From Basidiobolus meristosporus CBS 931.73 (taxonomy: Eukaryota > Fungi > Basidiobolomycota): a stretch of DNA of 64,000 nucleotides. Location of the stretch: contig MCFE01000049.1 in assembly GCA_002104905.1 (NCBI GenBank), forward strand, positions 132,272-196,271, written 5' to 3'. The position numbers and the translations under genes were made by a program. The notes under the pieces were generated by a model. That model saw only the letters and a list, made by a program, of their open reading frames with translations. It was not told where the DNA came from and did no database searches. Below, in pieces: positions 34,696 through 48,696 of this stretch (positions are counted from its first letter, which is position 1; the number at the start of each line of letters is the position of its first letter).

Positions 34696-37600
34696 GTCAG
34701 ATTTAGATGTAGAGTGGTAGGTCTGCGAGGGAAGTGGGCGATTAGTGGGTGAGTGAATGAACAGATGAAGATGGAGTAAGTTAGTGGGTGTGAGAAGAAT
34801 ATATAAATAAGAGCGGTAGGAGTCAAGCGTCCATGCAATTTTCTAGATTGAGGCTGTCTATGTCCAATGGGATGTCAATAATCGAGGGATTATAATTAGA
34901 TGCCATTGAACTATGTGACGAATACACCGGACTGCTGTGATAACATCCTCCAAAAAGGAAACCGATGACGCATTTAGAGCTGGAAGCTTAGCACAAGTCC
35001 ACTTATTCGCTTATTGAGGTGGTGAGCAAATTAATGTTTCAGCGGATTATTTGGTAGCCAAATATGATGGAAATGTCCAAAACGGGAAAGCTGGGCAATC
35101 GATGATTGAGGGGAGATTTAGACCCGAGCAGCATATTTGGACGTTTAATCACCGGAATTAGGTCGCAGCAACATGTCTGCTATGGGTCCAGTGATGGATG
35201 CATAATCTAGCGAAGCAGGCCATAGAATGTCAAGTGATCCGGCACGTTGAATGATCTCACCAATATCCGATGCGCTAGTTTAAAGTTTGAACCCTCAGCA
35301 GATGTCCTAATCGATTCTTCCGAGGTGGCATGTACATTACACATTACTTATTCCTCATTAGAACGGCAATTCCGGATCGACTCCACACAGATCAAACTAT
35401 AGCGCAAACCTTTTCCCGACTGGGCACCATTTGATTTCCCAGGTTCTATTGCTTACATCCACGACGTTTTGGCATGTGAGTCTTGGTTGTCTCATGAAGA
35501 GCCAACTGGCGGTCCGTACTATATTAGGGACCTCTTGTTGTACTTGGTAACAGCCTCGTTCAAATCAGTCAAGTCAAATAAATATAAATTTGGCAGCCGT
35601 AAGATGGCGATCCGATCATATCCTACTTTCACGTGAAGATGGAAGATTTTACTTGGGAGTACTGGTTTCTATCCGGCATGGAGTGGGCGGCAGCTCGGTC
35701 CGTATTCCTGAGCCTACCTTTCACATGATAAAGGAGCGATAGCCCAAGTATAACGTAACGTACAATGGCCCACCTCCCTCGGCAGCGTATACATGGTTAC
35801 ACGTTGACCAAGTATGGCGAGCATGCCTAATACAACCTCGAACCTTGATTAGACAGCGCTGACCGTGATGGTGATGGAAACGATTCTAAAGAATCGACCC
35901 AATCAAACAGGTATTGGGAGAGGTCGGATGGATCAGGTCTAATTTGCACCATACTGCATTAGCCCCAAATATTTCGTCATCCCAGCATCCCAATCTCTGG
36001 TGGCGATTTACCACATCACGCACAAGATTGGGCCGGCTGAGCGCTGTCCGCTATTAGTCGGTTATTATAAGCATCAATAACCTGCTGATGCGTGCATGGC
36101 TTCGGGTGTCTGCACAACACCGCCCTTCGATGCTGCTGCGTATGTATGTGCGTAATGCTCTTGGTGCCATGATTGGATTGCTGTGGCACCGTTGATTTCA
36201 GGGAATGTTGATACTGTAGCACTGTTGGGTATGATCTGTGTCACTTTCTACGAAAGCTTATTCGAAATTCTAATGGCCAGATGAATCTTGGGGTTGAGAT
36301 CGAAATAAGGATAAAGCGGGCAGCACTAATGCCCCAAAGAATCTAATTGTGGATAAAGGGATGTCGGATATGGGATGCACCTTGGCTAAACTCACGAGAA
36401 GACGAAACTAGCAGCGCTTTCCACCGAGCTGGAGTGCTTCCTCGATCTTGACTTGAGGCATGCACCCTTTGCACATTTGGACTGGATGAGTGGGTAGCAT
36501 GTAGTACGGCCTCTGCGAACAACCCGGACCACTGAGGGCGGGGAGAGAGGGGCATATCTAGAATATGGCCTAATTACGCAAGACAATCAAAAAATTATCG
36601 AATTAATGGGATCACACAGCATATGTTGCGATACATCAGCTCTGGAGACCAGAGATAAAACAGAAACCGGCTTGGTGACTGACAATCGACATCCATATGG
36701 CTGTATGATTCCTCGAACCGAGTATATTTTTTACCGACCCACCCATCATTTGATGCCATAAAGGACGAAACAATGGCTTCTCTACTTCGTGGTGGATGGT
36801 ACATATGTAGGCATATGGATATACTAATCAAGTACAAAGAACGGAGCCCCTGATGCTGGCGACTACAAGATATGCCATGGCGTTCAGATATCCCCAAGTG
36901 TACCCTGAATCATTACTATTTCCATTCATCTCCATCACGTCAGCCCAATGGAGGCTGTTAGAGAGGTCCAGTCAATGATTGTTGGGATGGAGTTCTGGAT
37001 TGCATATCTGCATGCACGCTTTTGTGTGAGGCTAATCCTTCCCCTCATCGCCAAGTCGCTCCACTTGCCAATGATGCCGAGAGTTCAGAGGATGGCTGGG
37101 AAGGTATATAGTATGACGGTCATTAAATCAAAAAGATGTTGGGGCTAGATAGCGACTTGCAATTCATCGCAACCCCGCTGCTCTATTTCTTGGAGCCAAT
37201 GCTGTGATTAGCTCTCGTCACTGGCGGGAAGCCGAATGCTTCGCGACGAATAGAATTGTGCAAGAGACTAGCATGAATACCTATAGTAGTACGGTGGAAG
37301 TGCTGATATATACGATGATTAATGGGCGGATTCACAGGTCAGCTCACCCTGCGCCAAAGGAGACTGGTTTCTTTGAGACTCGATGGATTTCTACAGCCCA
37401 AATGATGTTTTTTAAGGGCGTTGAATGGCAAACGTTGTATATTAAGCCCAGCCCTCTTGGTGGGTCGTAGCAAAAGGAACCAAAAGCAAAGTCCCTAGTC
37501 AAATACTTGTGCAACCATTGAAGATAATTATAGGTCCCGATAACTGCTGCCCATAACAGCCAAATAGGGAAAACGGCATGTTGGTGAATGTATGCGAACT

Positions 37601-39988
37601 CCACTTGTAGGTAATAAGCACCAACTTAGCTGCGATTTTACCGCATATCAAGAGAGGGAAGAATGGGCGAACCTGATTTGGCATTAATTGAGATCCCGAT
37701 ATATGATTGCTGGTTTTGTTATGCACAATATATTTCTCGATCACCACCCTCAATGCCATACCTTTATGAGCTCTGTAGCCCATCAGCACCGAAGCACGTC
37801 CTCGTAGAAAACTGGTGGCTATCACCAGGGGCCCCATGCTGTATTCCACCTTTACTCACAATGGACAGCAGGATGTATGCAGCAGGTTCCAAAAGTCATC
37901 TTACAAAGCCATTCCGACAGTGGCCACACAGCTCATATGATGAGCAGAGGTGAGAATGTCGACCTGACTTATGAAACACTGTGCACGGGCAGAGGTCAAC
38001 ATCAGCCCAGCCTTGATGGCACTATGGATGCATGTAGAGCAGCTTGAATATTTTCAGCTGCTCCTGATGTGCCACAATTGCGAGTAGCCTCATGTCCAAC
38101 ACTAGCGTGCACAAAGGCTATTAACAAATACGGATTTTTAATCATTCGCGGTACGTGTATATTGGCTCATCATTTCTAAACATTTCGTGCAGCCTTATGC
38201 CAACTATGATGAAATGGAGAACCAGCTATTGGATACCTCGTGCCACCAATGAATCGATTCTATTGAACTCCCCTTCCTTTCCTAATGCGACTGTGACTAT
38301 TACCTAAAATCGATATGGATCTGAACCTTTTTTCACAATCGAATCTATTTCAAATGCTCCAGCGAATCCCACCATTGGTGGGACGGATTCTACAATCCAG
38401 ATTTTCTTATCGCCATGCAAATATGTTTGTGCGATGCTGGACCATCCAGTTTCAGGATGTCCTTCAAGTTGGGACTCATCCAAGCAGCTTCCAGGGTTTG
38501 ATTCGCGGGCGGGACGTGAATACGTGAACATCTCTCTGCGTATACCTGGCTAGCATGTTGGAAGGGATTGTGGGGCATGTGTGCTGAGAATGCGCCTAAA
38601 TCTAAACTCCGGCTCAATCCTGACATCATCAACGCATAACAACTCTGGGGTGCGTGATTCTGGAGATTAGTAGCTGAATGTATAGATCAAGATTAATTTC
38701 ATTGATGGGTCCATGATAAAGCCAGTTCCTACTCATTAATCGAAAAATTGATGAAGGCTGTGTGACGAATATGGCTTATGATCACAAGTACTTGTGATAC
38801 GAACCATTTTCCATCTTTGGTTATCTGCAAGTGCAATTGTGTACAGTAAGGCATCGTACAAATCTATAGATATATGGAACACTGCGATAAACGGTGATAT
38901 TGGAAAGGGAAATTTGATCGTGAGAATCATTGGTAGGCAGAGTTCCTACTAAATATGACATGGAAATGGCAAACCGTATGTTCATCAGTGAATATTGATT
39001 CATGCTGAACAATGCTAGCTCCAAGAATCATTGCCATTTTCAGCAGGGCCTGCTTGCAAATTGTGCTCCTCCCGCAAACGTCTCTTTGCGTGATATTAGC
39101 GGCCGTGTAACAGCACAGGTGTTGGGTTGCCTGGCTTTGAAACAGACTTTTATTCAATCACCAGTGTCCGTTCAACTCAGTTGCATTTTCGGAAAGAAAT
39201 GCACTGGCAACGAATCTACGAAGCCGTTGGCTAGGTTGATCTTTGTCAATGCGGTCTATGGCCATGCTCCGGCAAGATGGAAATTCGACCAAATCGATAG
39301 GCATCAGATAGACATGGGGTTGGGCAGATCTGGTGTGGAGGATGTTCGCTGCTAAAAGCTGCTCGTTCGTATGTCTGAACAGAGATATTCTATATTGGTG
39401 AGGGATTCCAAATCGTAGCCAGCCACAGTCTTCTTTAGATCATACACTTGATATTATTGGACAACAAAGCTCCATTTGGCCCGGCTCCCAACATTTCCTC
39501 GGAGACTGCTCCATCGCTGAATATACCAAAAGAATCCTACATCAAAACGGTATTCCAAACCCACTTTTGTACTTGGTTGATTTTGAATCATTCACCTTTG
39601 GATCATCAATAGCATTCTATTTGAATTTATATGAATGCTCTTTTATAGCCATGTAACAAATCCACAATTTCTGACTCTCGTCAAATCCATGTACCCTTGT
39701 TCCTGTTTGGTGATTGTTTCGTGTAACTTATTTCACTCTCCTTGGCTTTGAACCAAAATTATATTAACCCGCTTGTTCCTCTTCCCTGGTGTCGCTCGTT
39801 CTTCTTCGGGTAATGTCGCCATATCAACTATAGCACTTCTCGTACCATACTAAATCAATTCAAACGCCACTTCGGATTGTATTTTACTAAGCGTAGTAGT
39901 TTCGAATACTGAGTAGCGCCTCCTTATCCCAGTCTTCCACCTTCCCTTTTCAACCAAGCTGTTGACTCCAGGCACAATTTCAGCCCCA

Positions 39989-42900
39989 ATGGCTACGGCA
40001 ACACCTTCCCAACAAACGCCTTCATCGCAAAAGCTGATGTCTCTCAATGAGCAAACCTGGCTGCAACTAGGTACATTGCACTGGAAATATACATTCTTTT
40101 CGTATACTGAATTTTACAACCAGGTGGCCTAGCAGAGCTCATGCAAGAGTTTGACCGTGCCATGAATGCATACGAGGCTACTCTACGACACAATCCATAT
40201 TCAGTTCCCGCTCTTACTCAAATCGCCTCTTTATGCAGAGGTAGAGAGCAATTCCCCAAGGTTTGCCTTTTAGGAAGTTAGTAGTCCCCTTTGTTTAGCT
40301 CTGTACTGATAGGCAGACACAACTTAGGCTGTTGAATATTTCCAGCGGATCCTTAATATCGAGCAAAACAACGGGGAAATATGGGGTGCTCTGGGCCATT
40401 GCTATCTCATGATGGATGACTTGCAGAAGGCATATACTGCATATCAGCAGGCGCTCTATCACCTTTCTAATCCAAAGGTATTGCACAAATACACTCGCAC
40501 TTTCACCTCTATATATACATATATGCTTACGTGCCACTCCAGGAGCCTAAGCTTTGGTACGGAATCGGAATCCTTTATGATCGGTACCAGTCGCTGGAAC
40601 ACGCCGAGGAGGCATTCTCAGCTGTATTACGAATGGATCCGAAATTCGAAAAAGCCAACGAGATATATTTCCGACTTGGAATCATTTACAAGCAGCAACA
40701 AAAGCATGATCTGAGTTTGCAGGTGGATTCCTAGTAATATATTTTCCCTGTTTGACTTTATTGTAACACCCGAAAGTGTTTCCAATACATCCTTCGCTCG
40801 CCTCCTCGCCCCCTTACCGAGGTAGACATATGGTTTCAGATTGGCCATGTTTATGAGCAACAAAAGGAGGTATGTACTGTCACAGATAGCATTGAACGCC
40901 CAGTATCTAATACGACTCGTTGTTGCTGATAGTATCAACGTGCTAAAGAAGCGTACGAAAGAGTGCTGTCCGAAAATCCCACTCATGCCAAAGTTTTGCA
41001 ACAGCTGGGGTGGCTTTGCCATCAACCAAACACCCCCTTTGCTAATCAGGATAGTGCAATTGGCTACTTGACTAAATCACTTGAAGCTGGTATGTACCAT
41101 CTGATGTATAACAGGCTTTTCCATGACCATTAATCTTGTTTTAGACAGTACCGATTCTCAGTCATGGTATCTGTTGGGTCGCTGCCACATGGCCCAGCAG
41201 AAGTACAACAAAGCATATGAGGCATACCAGCAAGCAGTGTACCTAACCAACATAAGCTCATATTGATTTCATAAAGCTAACCGTTTGTTCTTAGCTACCG
41301 TGATGGCAAAAATCCCACTTTCTGGTGCTCCATTGGTGTTCTCTATTACCAAATACAGCAGGTGAACCTTCAACTATTTGAAACCTTTGTTGTTCTACGT
41401 TGCATACACATTCTAACCGACGCTTGATAGTATCGTGACGCATTGGATGCCTACAGCAGAGCAATTAGGCTCAATCCTTATATTAGTGAAGTTTGGTATG
41501 ACCTGGGCACCTTATACGAGTCATGCAACAACCAAATCAATGATGCAATCGATGCATATCAACGTGCTGCTGAACTTGATCCCAACAACCCCCATATAAA
41601 GCAAAGGCTGCATCTGCTAAAAAATGCTCAAGCTGGAGGGTAATACGATCATGAAGTTACCTTTCGGATCAACTCTAACTATTCAGGTATCTAGTCCACC
41701 AAGCAACACTGCGCCTGTCCCCCAGGATGTCAATCTATTTGCGTATCAGAATAGCGCCGCATCAGTGGGCCCCCCACCTCAGTTTGGCCAAGTATGTCAG
41801 ATGTCAATAGGCTATTTCTCGATTTTTGGCATTCATAACTGTGACTTTCAGAGTCTAGGGCCCTCTTCGCATGGGGCACCACTGAACATGCCCGATTGCC
41901 CTCCAAGACCCCAAGACGCAAGATATGGAGAGCATCGTCCACCTATGGTATGCGTGTTGCATACTCATTACCTATCATGTGTAACTAATATAATTTAAGT
42001 CTACTCCGCCCAACCAATCACCAATGGTTAGAAAAGATATGATTACTGGCCCGCCTCCAGAGCCAACAAGTTTTGCAAGGCGTACACCACCGTCGTTTGG
42101 TCCACAATCCCGTGCATATTCCCAGAGAATCCCTGAGACACAAGGTGGAAATAGAGGACCATATGACTTAGATGGAAGATTGCAGCCTTACTCAAGCCCT
42201 CAACAACATCTGAAGCCTTTCAACAATGATAACTACTCCCCTGGCACCCCCCAAGATTACCAAATGTCACCTAAGCCATCGAATGGTGCATCCCCTGCCA
42301 TGAGAAGCGCTCATCATATGCAGCCTCCTCTTAGGGATTCGTCGTTTGGAGAATGGAAAAACGAGGGTGAAATGGACAAAAGCATAATTAAGCAAGAACC
42401 TTTGAATCGCATGAATCCATATCACAGAAGAGAACCCCAAGCTTTTGGATCCCCTAGGACCCGCCCAAATGAGTCTCCGCACAATACAGATCCGATCAGG
42501 AAATCAATGGGCCCGGGTATCCCCACCTCTTCACCCATACCCGGTATGATAGATCAAAAGAGCCATTTGTTATCGTCTGGTGACAGAAGGTTAGTCAGCA
42601 CTTGACATGATATTTCACCCCATCATAAGCACCATTCTAATATAGTGGAAATAGCCCGGTTGGTGGAATTCAAGACAATCGAGCACTGGCATCATCACCT
42701 GCACCAATAAGCAACGACGCTAGACACCCAGATATCAAGAGAACAAGCATACCGCCTGAAATCCGTGGCATCAGAGAAAGTCCTAGCCCGCATCGGGCAC
42801 ATCTTGAGAGAGCTAACGGCTCCAACTACTCTCCTATTCCCGCACGGTCCGATAATCCCAGCAGCATGAATATGGCTGCTCGCCAAGCAGATGAAGATTA

Positions 42901-43097
42901 CGACGCAGCACCACCAGTGGGTATTAACGACAAGATGCGAAGTGTTGGCAAACAATCAGATATGAATGAAGTAAGGAATAGTTGGAGTTCACTTAATAGC
43001 AGAGTAGAGCGCAAACTAACAATTCATATAGGGTTATACCCCAGAGCACAAACCAGATTCCATACCTTTAGGGGAACAACATCACCGGTCACCATAA
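39989..43097 (+). CDS. CYC8: General transcriptional corepressor Cyc8/Ssn6 (TPR protein), multi-exon
   Basis: The spliced product starts MATATP...QKLMSLNEQTWLQLG and contains the TPRs EIWGALGHCYLMMDDLQKAYTAYQQAL, EPKLWYGIGILYDRY, EIYFRLGIIYKQ, FWCSIGVLYYQI and EVWYDLGTLYESCNNQ. A Pro/Ser-rich tail includes RQADEDYD. The 3' exon model is less certain. Confidence 0.93.
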
Positions 43098-44635
43098 CAA
43101 GCAATGCCGCAAGCAAATATCAAACAGCCTTGAAGTTCGAGTTCCTAGAAAGCTTTAGATCGTTCAACAGTAAAATATTCCATTTTGACAGGGTATCTAT
43201 GACAGGATCTATTTATATTGGGGGGCTTGGGGACTTTGTAAACACCTCTCTCAATCTACGAATTGACTACTATTTACTGTGGACAATAACGGATTAATTG
43301 GTCAGTTGGGGAGCATCTTTCCATTTCCTTGAGAGGTATCTCATGCAGGCCTTCATGTTGTTGAATATGCACCCATAGCTGTACATGATTTACAATTTTA
43401 GACCTGTGGATTGATATCTAGTGCAAGCGGTGTGAAGGAAATCCCTTTCTTGCTATATTGAATGTAGATAAGATTAGAACTGATCAATTGACTTAATCTG
43501 GAACCTTCATGAGGCCTTCATTTGCATGCAACGTGAGCGTAGGCCAAACAAAACCCATTTTCCACATATTGAGGTATGTCCAGTACTTCAATAGCAAGAG
43601 GCTGCTTTGGTGTGTAAATTGATTCCCTTTTTTGATTCATACACCATTGGATTGATCCCACACGATATTTGATCTGCTATTCATATTTAGTCTGTTGGTA
43701 TGAGCTTTGACATGGGGTATGTTCCATGAATCGATGGAACACCTTACACCATCCTCAATCATCAGTACCCAAGTCACCCATCGTTGAGGTGACTCCTGTT
43801 TGGGCTATGTCTGCGTTTAGTAGCCACTTTTTGTTTGGATCGATAACAGCAATACGTAGAAACCGGGAAATCCATAATCGGTCAAGTCGAGCTCAGATGG
43901 CGACTTGGTGAAGAAATCTCGAATGCTAACGCGATGTGACCAAAGGAATCTGCGATGGCCGGTCTATTTGAACCATGGCATTGTGGATCGGCCATTAGCA
44001 TAGGAGCAAACTCTCTTGTCAGCAATACAGTACCTGCCAAATCATTTGCATTGTGGCCAGTGCCTCAAACCAGGGGGCAGCATTATCGGAATGCGTCTCT
44101 CTCTCGCCAGCTCGCACGGCTAGATTGCCTTATTTACACCACCCAGCCAAGAAGCATAGCCCCACTGATAAGTCAATCCACCTGCCACCGCTAATGCAGC
44201 GAGATCCTAGCCGGGTAATGGCCAAACTTCCGCACGTTTTTCAAATCGAATTTTCCATGCGGTTGTCAGCATCGAATTCCCCCCCTCCCCCCAAAAAAAA
44301 ACCCACATCACCCGCTTCGTACAGCGTATGACGAATTCGTGGAATAGACGAATTGTCCTGGGCCTGAGTTCTCTGGATATTATAAGAAATCCGAGCATGG
44401 ACTGATTTGATTAATCAGTGCCAGTTCTCAACTAGATCTCAGATAGTCTAGGTTCTGGGGTACCCAATGATTGCGAGTGTTCCTAGGCTTTATCAGTGAA
44501 AATAATTTAGGGGTGGTCCCTATCGATGTAGAGTCACGTCACTTGATTCCAAGATCATTTACCTGACACGATAGAGGATGAGAACGCGATTTCTTGCTTT
44601 CACATCGATCTTGATAAGTCGTATTATCTGTGGAA

Positions 44636-47311
44636 ATGGAGGACGTCTCAAATAATAGTGCTGCGGGGCTTAATAACGTAGCCCATGATACCAAATTAGA
44701 TGAATCCGTGGATGATATGAACGCTAATAAAGAAGGAGAGCAATCAATTAACCCCGCCCATCAGAGAATCGTTGAAGAGTTCCAGTATTTATTGGAGAAA
44801 AGCCAACAGCTATTCGCTGGTTTAAGGTATTGGAGAGAGTCAGATGGGGTAGTGTTTCGCTTGTTCATGGTATTCACACGTTTATCTCCCACAGAGAACT
44901 CTCTCCTACTGGCGGACGTCAGTGGCAGCCCTATTTTCAACGTACTTTTGAAATCTACACCAAGGTAAGCATATATTCCATCGCCACCAATATACGAAGC
45001 GATGTATTAATCAGGTTGATTTCGATCCAGCTATGGAAGTTCCAGCAACAGCATAGGTACCTCGCATTCTGTTCGTATCCAGCAACCTCTTGGAGAATAC
45101 TGATCGTTTTTATTTAGGGCTGTTCTTGAGAACAAAGATAACTACGGCCTGAAGCGGTGGGAGGTCGGCGAGGTCGCCTCAAAGATTGGCCAGTTGTATT
45201 ATCACTACTAGTGAGTACATCTATTGAGGCGACTTTCTATTGCCTATGGTACTAATTGCTTTCAATATTTTCTAGTTTGAGAACCAGCGAGACAAATTAC
45301 TTGCAAGAGTCTTATGTCTTTTATGAAGCCATACGTGAAAGGGCGTACTTCAAAGATGTTCTTGATTCAAAGAAGTATGTCAAGGGATCCTTAGCTTTAA
45401 AAGTTTATACTCATGATTTTTGAAACAGCCCTGCTTTGATGATCAAGAAATTAAGATACTACGCCCGCTTCATTGTGGTCTGTCTTCTTCTCAACAAGAG
45501 AGCCTCCGTACGTAAATTGCTTTCAGAGCTGACAGTGTTTGTGGAGGATTATGCCAAAACATTCAAGTCTTCCGATTCGTCGGAATGGCAGTTAGTCCTA
45601 CAGGAGATATCTACCTTCCTAGAGGTAAGTCAGTACCATTTTGGTCCAGTGTAGAGTATTTCCACCAACCCATCCCTTAGGCGGAGAAGCATTTGATCCC
45701 GGTCACTCCAGAAGGTGCTGCGCTACCCTTCTCCAACCGACTTGGGTTGGAAAAAGTTTCGCGTTCGGAGAAGGATGGTCCTAAAATGAAGTTGCAGGAG
45801 GCAATCTTGGTTGGAAATTGCCAAAACCAAGTAAGCATCCATTTAACGATACCACCTGTGCTTTCAGTATTAACATTCGTGAATTACAGATCAAGTTCTC
45901 CGAGCTCACGCTGGATATGTACAGAATGTTGCAATCTCTTGGTACAGTAGCTCCGATCATGTCATTTGTTGGGAGCTTGCATTCATACTCACGTATCCTT
46001 TAGAGAGAGAACCCGTAGGCTCCAAGACCATGGCTAACACTGAAGGATCCGGTAACGCGGACAAATCCCATCATCGTGAGGAGGGATCACTTGAAGATCA
46101 AGTTAATGCACCTCCGTCCAGCTCCAATGACAAGTCAACCGCCCGTAGAGTTAACCCTCACAAATTCCTATTGTATCGCCCTAACTACAGCCAGCTCGTA
46201 GTATATCTTGCTAATGCCTTCAAGGTAAATGCCCTGTGCGTCTTCTATCCTGAATGCATTATTCACGCACTCTTAGGAAATTAACGATAACTCAGCCTTA
46301 TTACTTTACCTGTCAGCTGATGGTGTAAAGGTCGAGCCATCCGCCAACAACTGTAAATATCAATTTGATGTCGTTTTCTAAGCAACTTCACTAATGGATC
46401 CCTCCTGAATAGCATATTCTGGCGGTGTTGCTACCGCGCATCGGAAGGTCTCGGAAAAGAGTGAGGCTTCAGACGTTAACGCGTTGACCCATTGCCTTCA
46501 TCCAGAAGACATCCTTCCTTTCACCAGAAAACCTCTTTTCCTTATTGTTGACAGCAACAATAGCCAGGCATTCAAGGTATGCTGAAATCACCAAGATCCC
46601 TCCAGACCTCGTCTTAATCCTTTGCACTACAATCGGTTAGAATATCTGGACTCCCTTTAACCAGCCATTCATGTGCCTTCTCTCTCCCGCCGAGTGTCCA
46701 ATCAAAGGTTGCTTGTGAGACTATTGCCTATCCATAGTGCCAATGCTAATTGGGTTTTCTAGACATTGCTCAAGTTGGAAACCTTTTCACCCTGTTTCTG
46801 CACTCCCCTCTACTCGGCTTCAGCTTTGTTTCGCAACTCACTCAAATCACCGCATCTGACTGGGCTAAGTGCACCGACATTGTTTCCGCGCTTGAGGATG
46901 AGATAGGGGAACTTTTGTTATCCGCGCAACTCGGTTAGTTTGGTGCCTCTGGATCGGGGTTAAGGAAACATGCTAACATCGATTCCATCCAGACAAAGCC
47001 ACCAAATTCTTGCAAGATGATTTCCTTCGTAGATTCGTTACTCGCTTTGTCTTCTGCTACGCCGTTCTCACCTGTCACAACAGTTTCAACGAGCCTACGG
47101 TATGTCGATTTACGATGCCTGCTACACAGCAGCTGCTAACCCCAACAAATGTGCCTAGCATTTCCCAACCGCCTCTCCGGCTATTCCCGAAGAAATCCTA
47201 AGCTCACCCAAAGTGATGCAGGCAATCAAGGAGCTAGTCTCGCTCACAAACTCACAGTCCCATTACAACTTCCCGAAGGAGCCCACCTCGGAGGTCATGG
47301 ATCAAAGCTAG
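44636..47311 (+). CDS. SCAI: SCAI-family protein (suppressor of cancer cell invasion homologue), multi-exon
   Basis: Spliced motifs FQYLLEKSQQLFAGLR, QWQPYFQRTFEIYTKLWKFQQQHR, YGLKRWEVGEVASKIGQLYYHYYLRTSET, KKLRYYARFIVVCLLLN and NPHKFLLYRP closely match animal SCAI as I recall it. Confidence 0.92.
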
Positions 47312-47921
47312 ATTAGATGGTAGTTTAATCAGGAGGGGGAAGGAGCATTACAAGACGACCCACCTTTTCGTTTATTTCCCATAGTTGCTCGTATGTTAAA
47401 TCGATACAATTCAGTTGATGTAAATTTAAACAATCCCTTGCTTCAACGGTGCACCGCCTGGGCAGATCGATGGGCCTTCCCGGGTTGGTGTATTCATTTG
47501 AACGATTCTATTAAAAATAAATGTGATACGTCCATGCCGTTCGATTTGGTTTTCGCGCATGATACCCATCGCCCGTTCGTGGCAGATGATTGGAGGAGTC
47601 ATTGGTTTATTTATACATATCCCAGGTTTACAGGTGGTATCGATGAGATATGTCCAACAGAAATTAAGATTTGGCTACAAAAGGCTGGTATAAATTGGCC
47701 GCGAATAGTGACATGGAAGGGACGTCAAAAGCTTTCCCGGATGGCGGGAGGTTCTATGAGCACCCGACGGAACGGTTGGAAAGGGAGGGGGGGGGGTCGG
47801 TGGAGAAACAGGTCGATGACGCGGTATCGAGAATTCATGAAGAATGAAGGGTTAATTACAAAATTGTGGGTCGACATGGGCTTACATTAGTGGTGGCGGG
47901 CAGCAACGGGAGATGTGCCCA

Positions 47922-48634
47922 TTAGATTTGACCAAGAAACCATTTTCTAACTATCGCACTTCCGCCGATGATGGGGTGGAGCAGGACGTAGGCTAAGAAG
48001 TATTCCAGACCCTTCCTACGGCCTTCGATGAAATCCGGGTTGAACCTTCCCACCGTCTTCTTCTCGGGTAGCTTCGGGATCCCTTTCTTGAATGGCTTGA
48101 AGTACTTGATGACCAGTTTTCTTAGCATCACAAACTCCGAGTACCGCTTCTTGACCGTGATGCTACCGCCCCGAGAGGTTTTCGTTATGCAGGTATAGGC
48201 GGTGTACGAACCGACCCCTTTCCCTATCTTCACCGGGTTGGTCACCGTCACATCCTCGGCGAATACCTCGGACTGATGATAATTCTCGTATTCGAAGTTC
48301 GCCTCGACCGGGGAGAGATCCGGCGTGGAGTATTCGCTCTAGGTTTCGAGGTTAGGCTGGTTAGTACAGGAAACATTCGGTGGAGGCAGCTTTCGCGGGT
48401 TCTAATTACCACGTTGTCATCCAATCGTGCATTTTGGTATGAAGCCAGGGATAAATTCGAGTGGTTGTGTCGGTTCCCAGTCTCGTAAAAGAACTCCTCG
48501 CTTTCCTCGTCGCTTTCCTTGTAAGAGGACATGAGAAGGAGCGCGCTAAGCTTGCTGCTCAGGGCCAGGTTTGTTTTCCGTATAGGGGAGATGTCGTCGG
48601 TGAGAGGGTCCAGGAGCTGCTCCTCTTTCGCCAT
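47922..48634 (-). CDS. YPT35: PX-domain protein, Ypt35-like (core exons 48634-48410 and 48338-47922); may extend further 5'
   Basis: A 71-nt intron (GTAATT...CTAAC...CTAG) joins the two ORFs in frame. PX motifs KKRYSEFVMLRK, IPKLPEKK and FIEGRRKGLEYFLAYVLLHP at the C-terminus. Confidence 0.8.
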
Positions 48635-48696
48635 ATTGGTTGGGCTCGGTTTGCGGAAAAAATCACAGTCGGCTAGACAATCGGTAATCCCCGAAT

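Noticed and set aside
35815-35843. TGGCGAGCATGCCTAATACAACCTCGAAC resembles the 5' region of Mollicutes/Firmicutes 16S rRNA (TGGCGGCATGCCTAATACATGCAAGTCGAAC)
   Set aside because: Only a 14-bp exact core; the flanks do not continue into 16S sequence, so it is most likely chance and not an endobacterial insertion.
34700-39980. Many 60-116 aa ORFs in the 5.3-kb FAA1-CYC8 divergent intergenic region
   Set aside because: They overlap on both strands with no codon bias, motifs or consistent splice structure; best read as regulatory or non-coding DNA.
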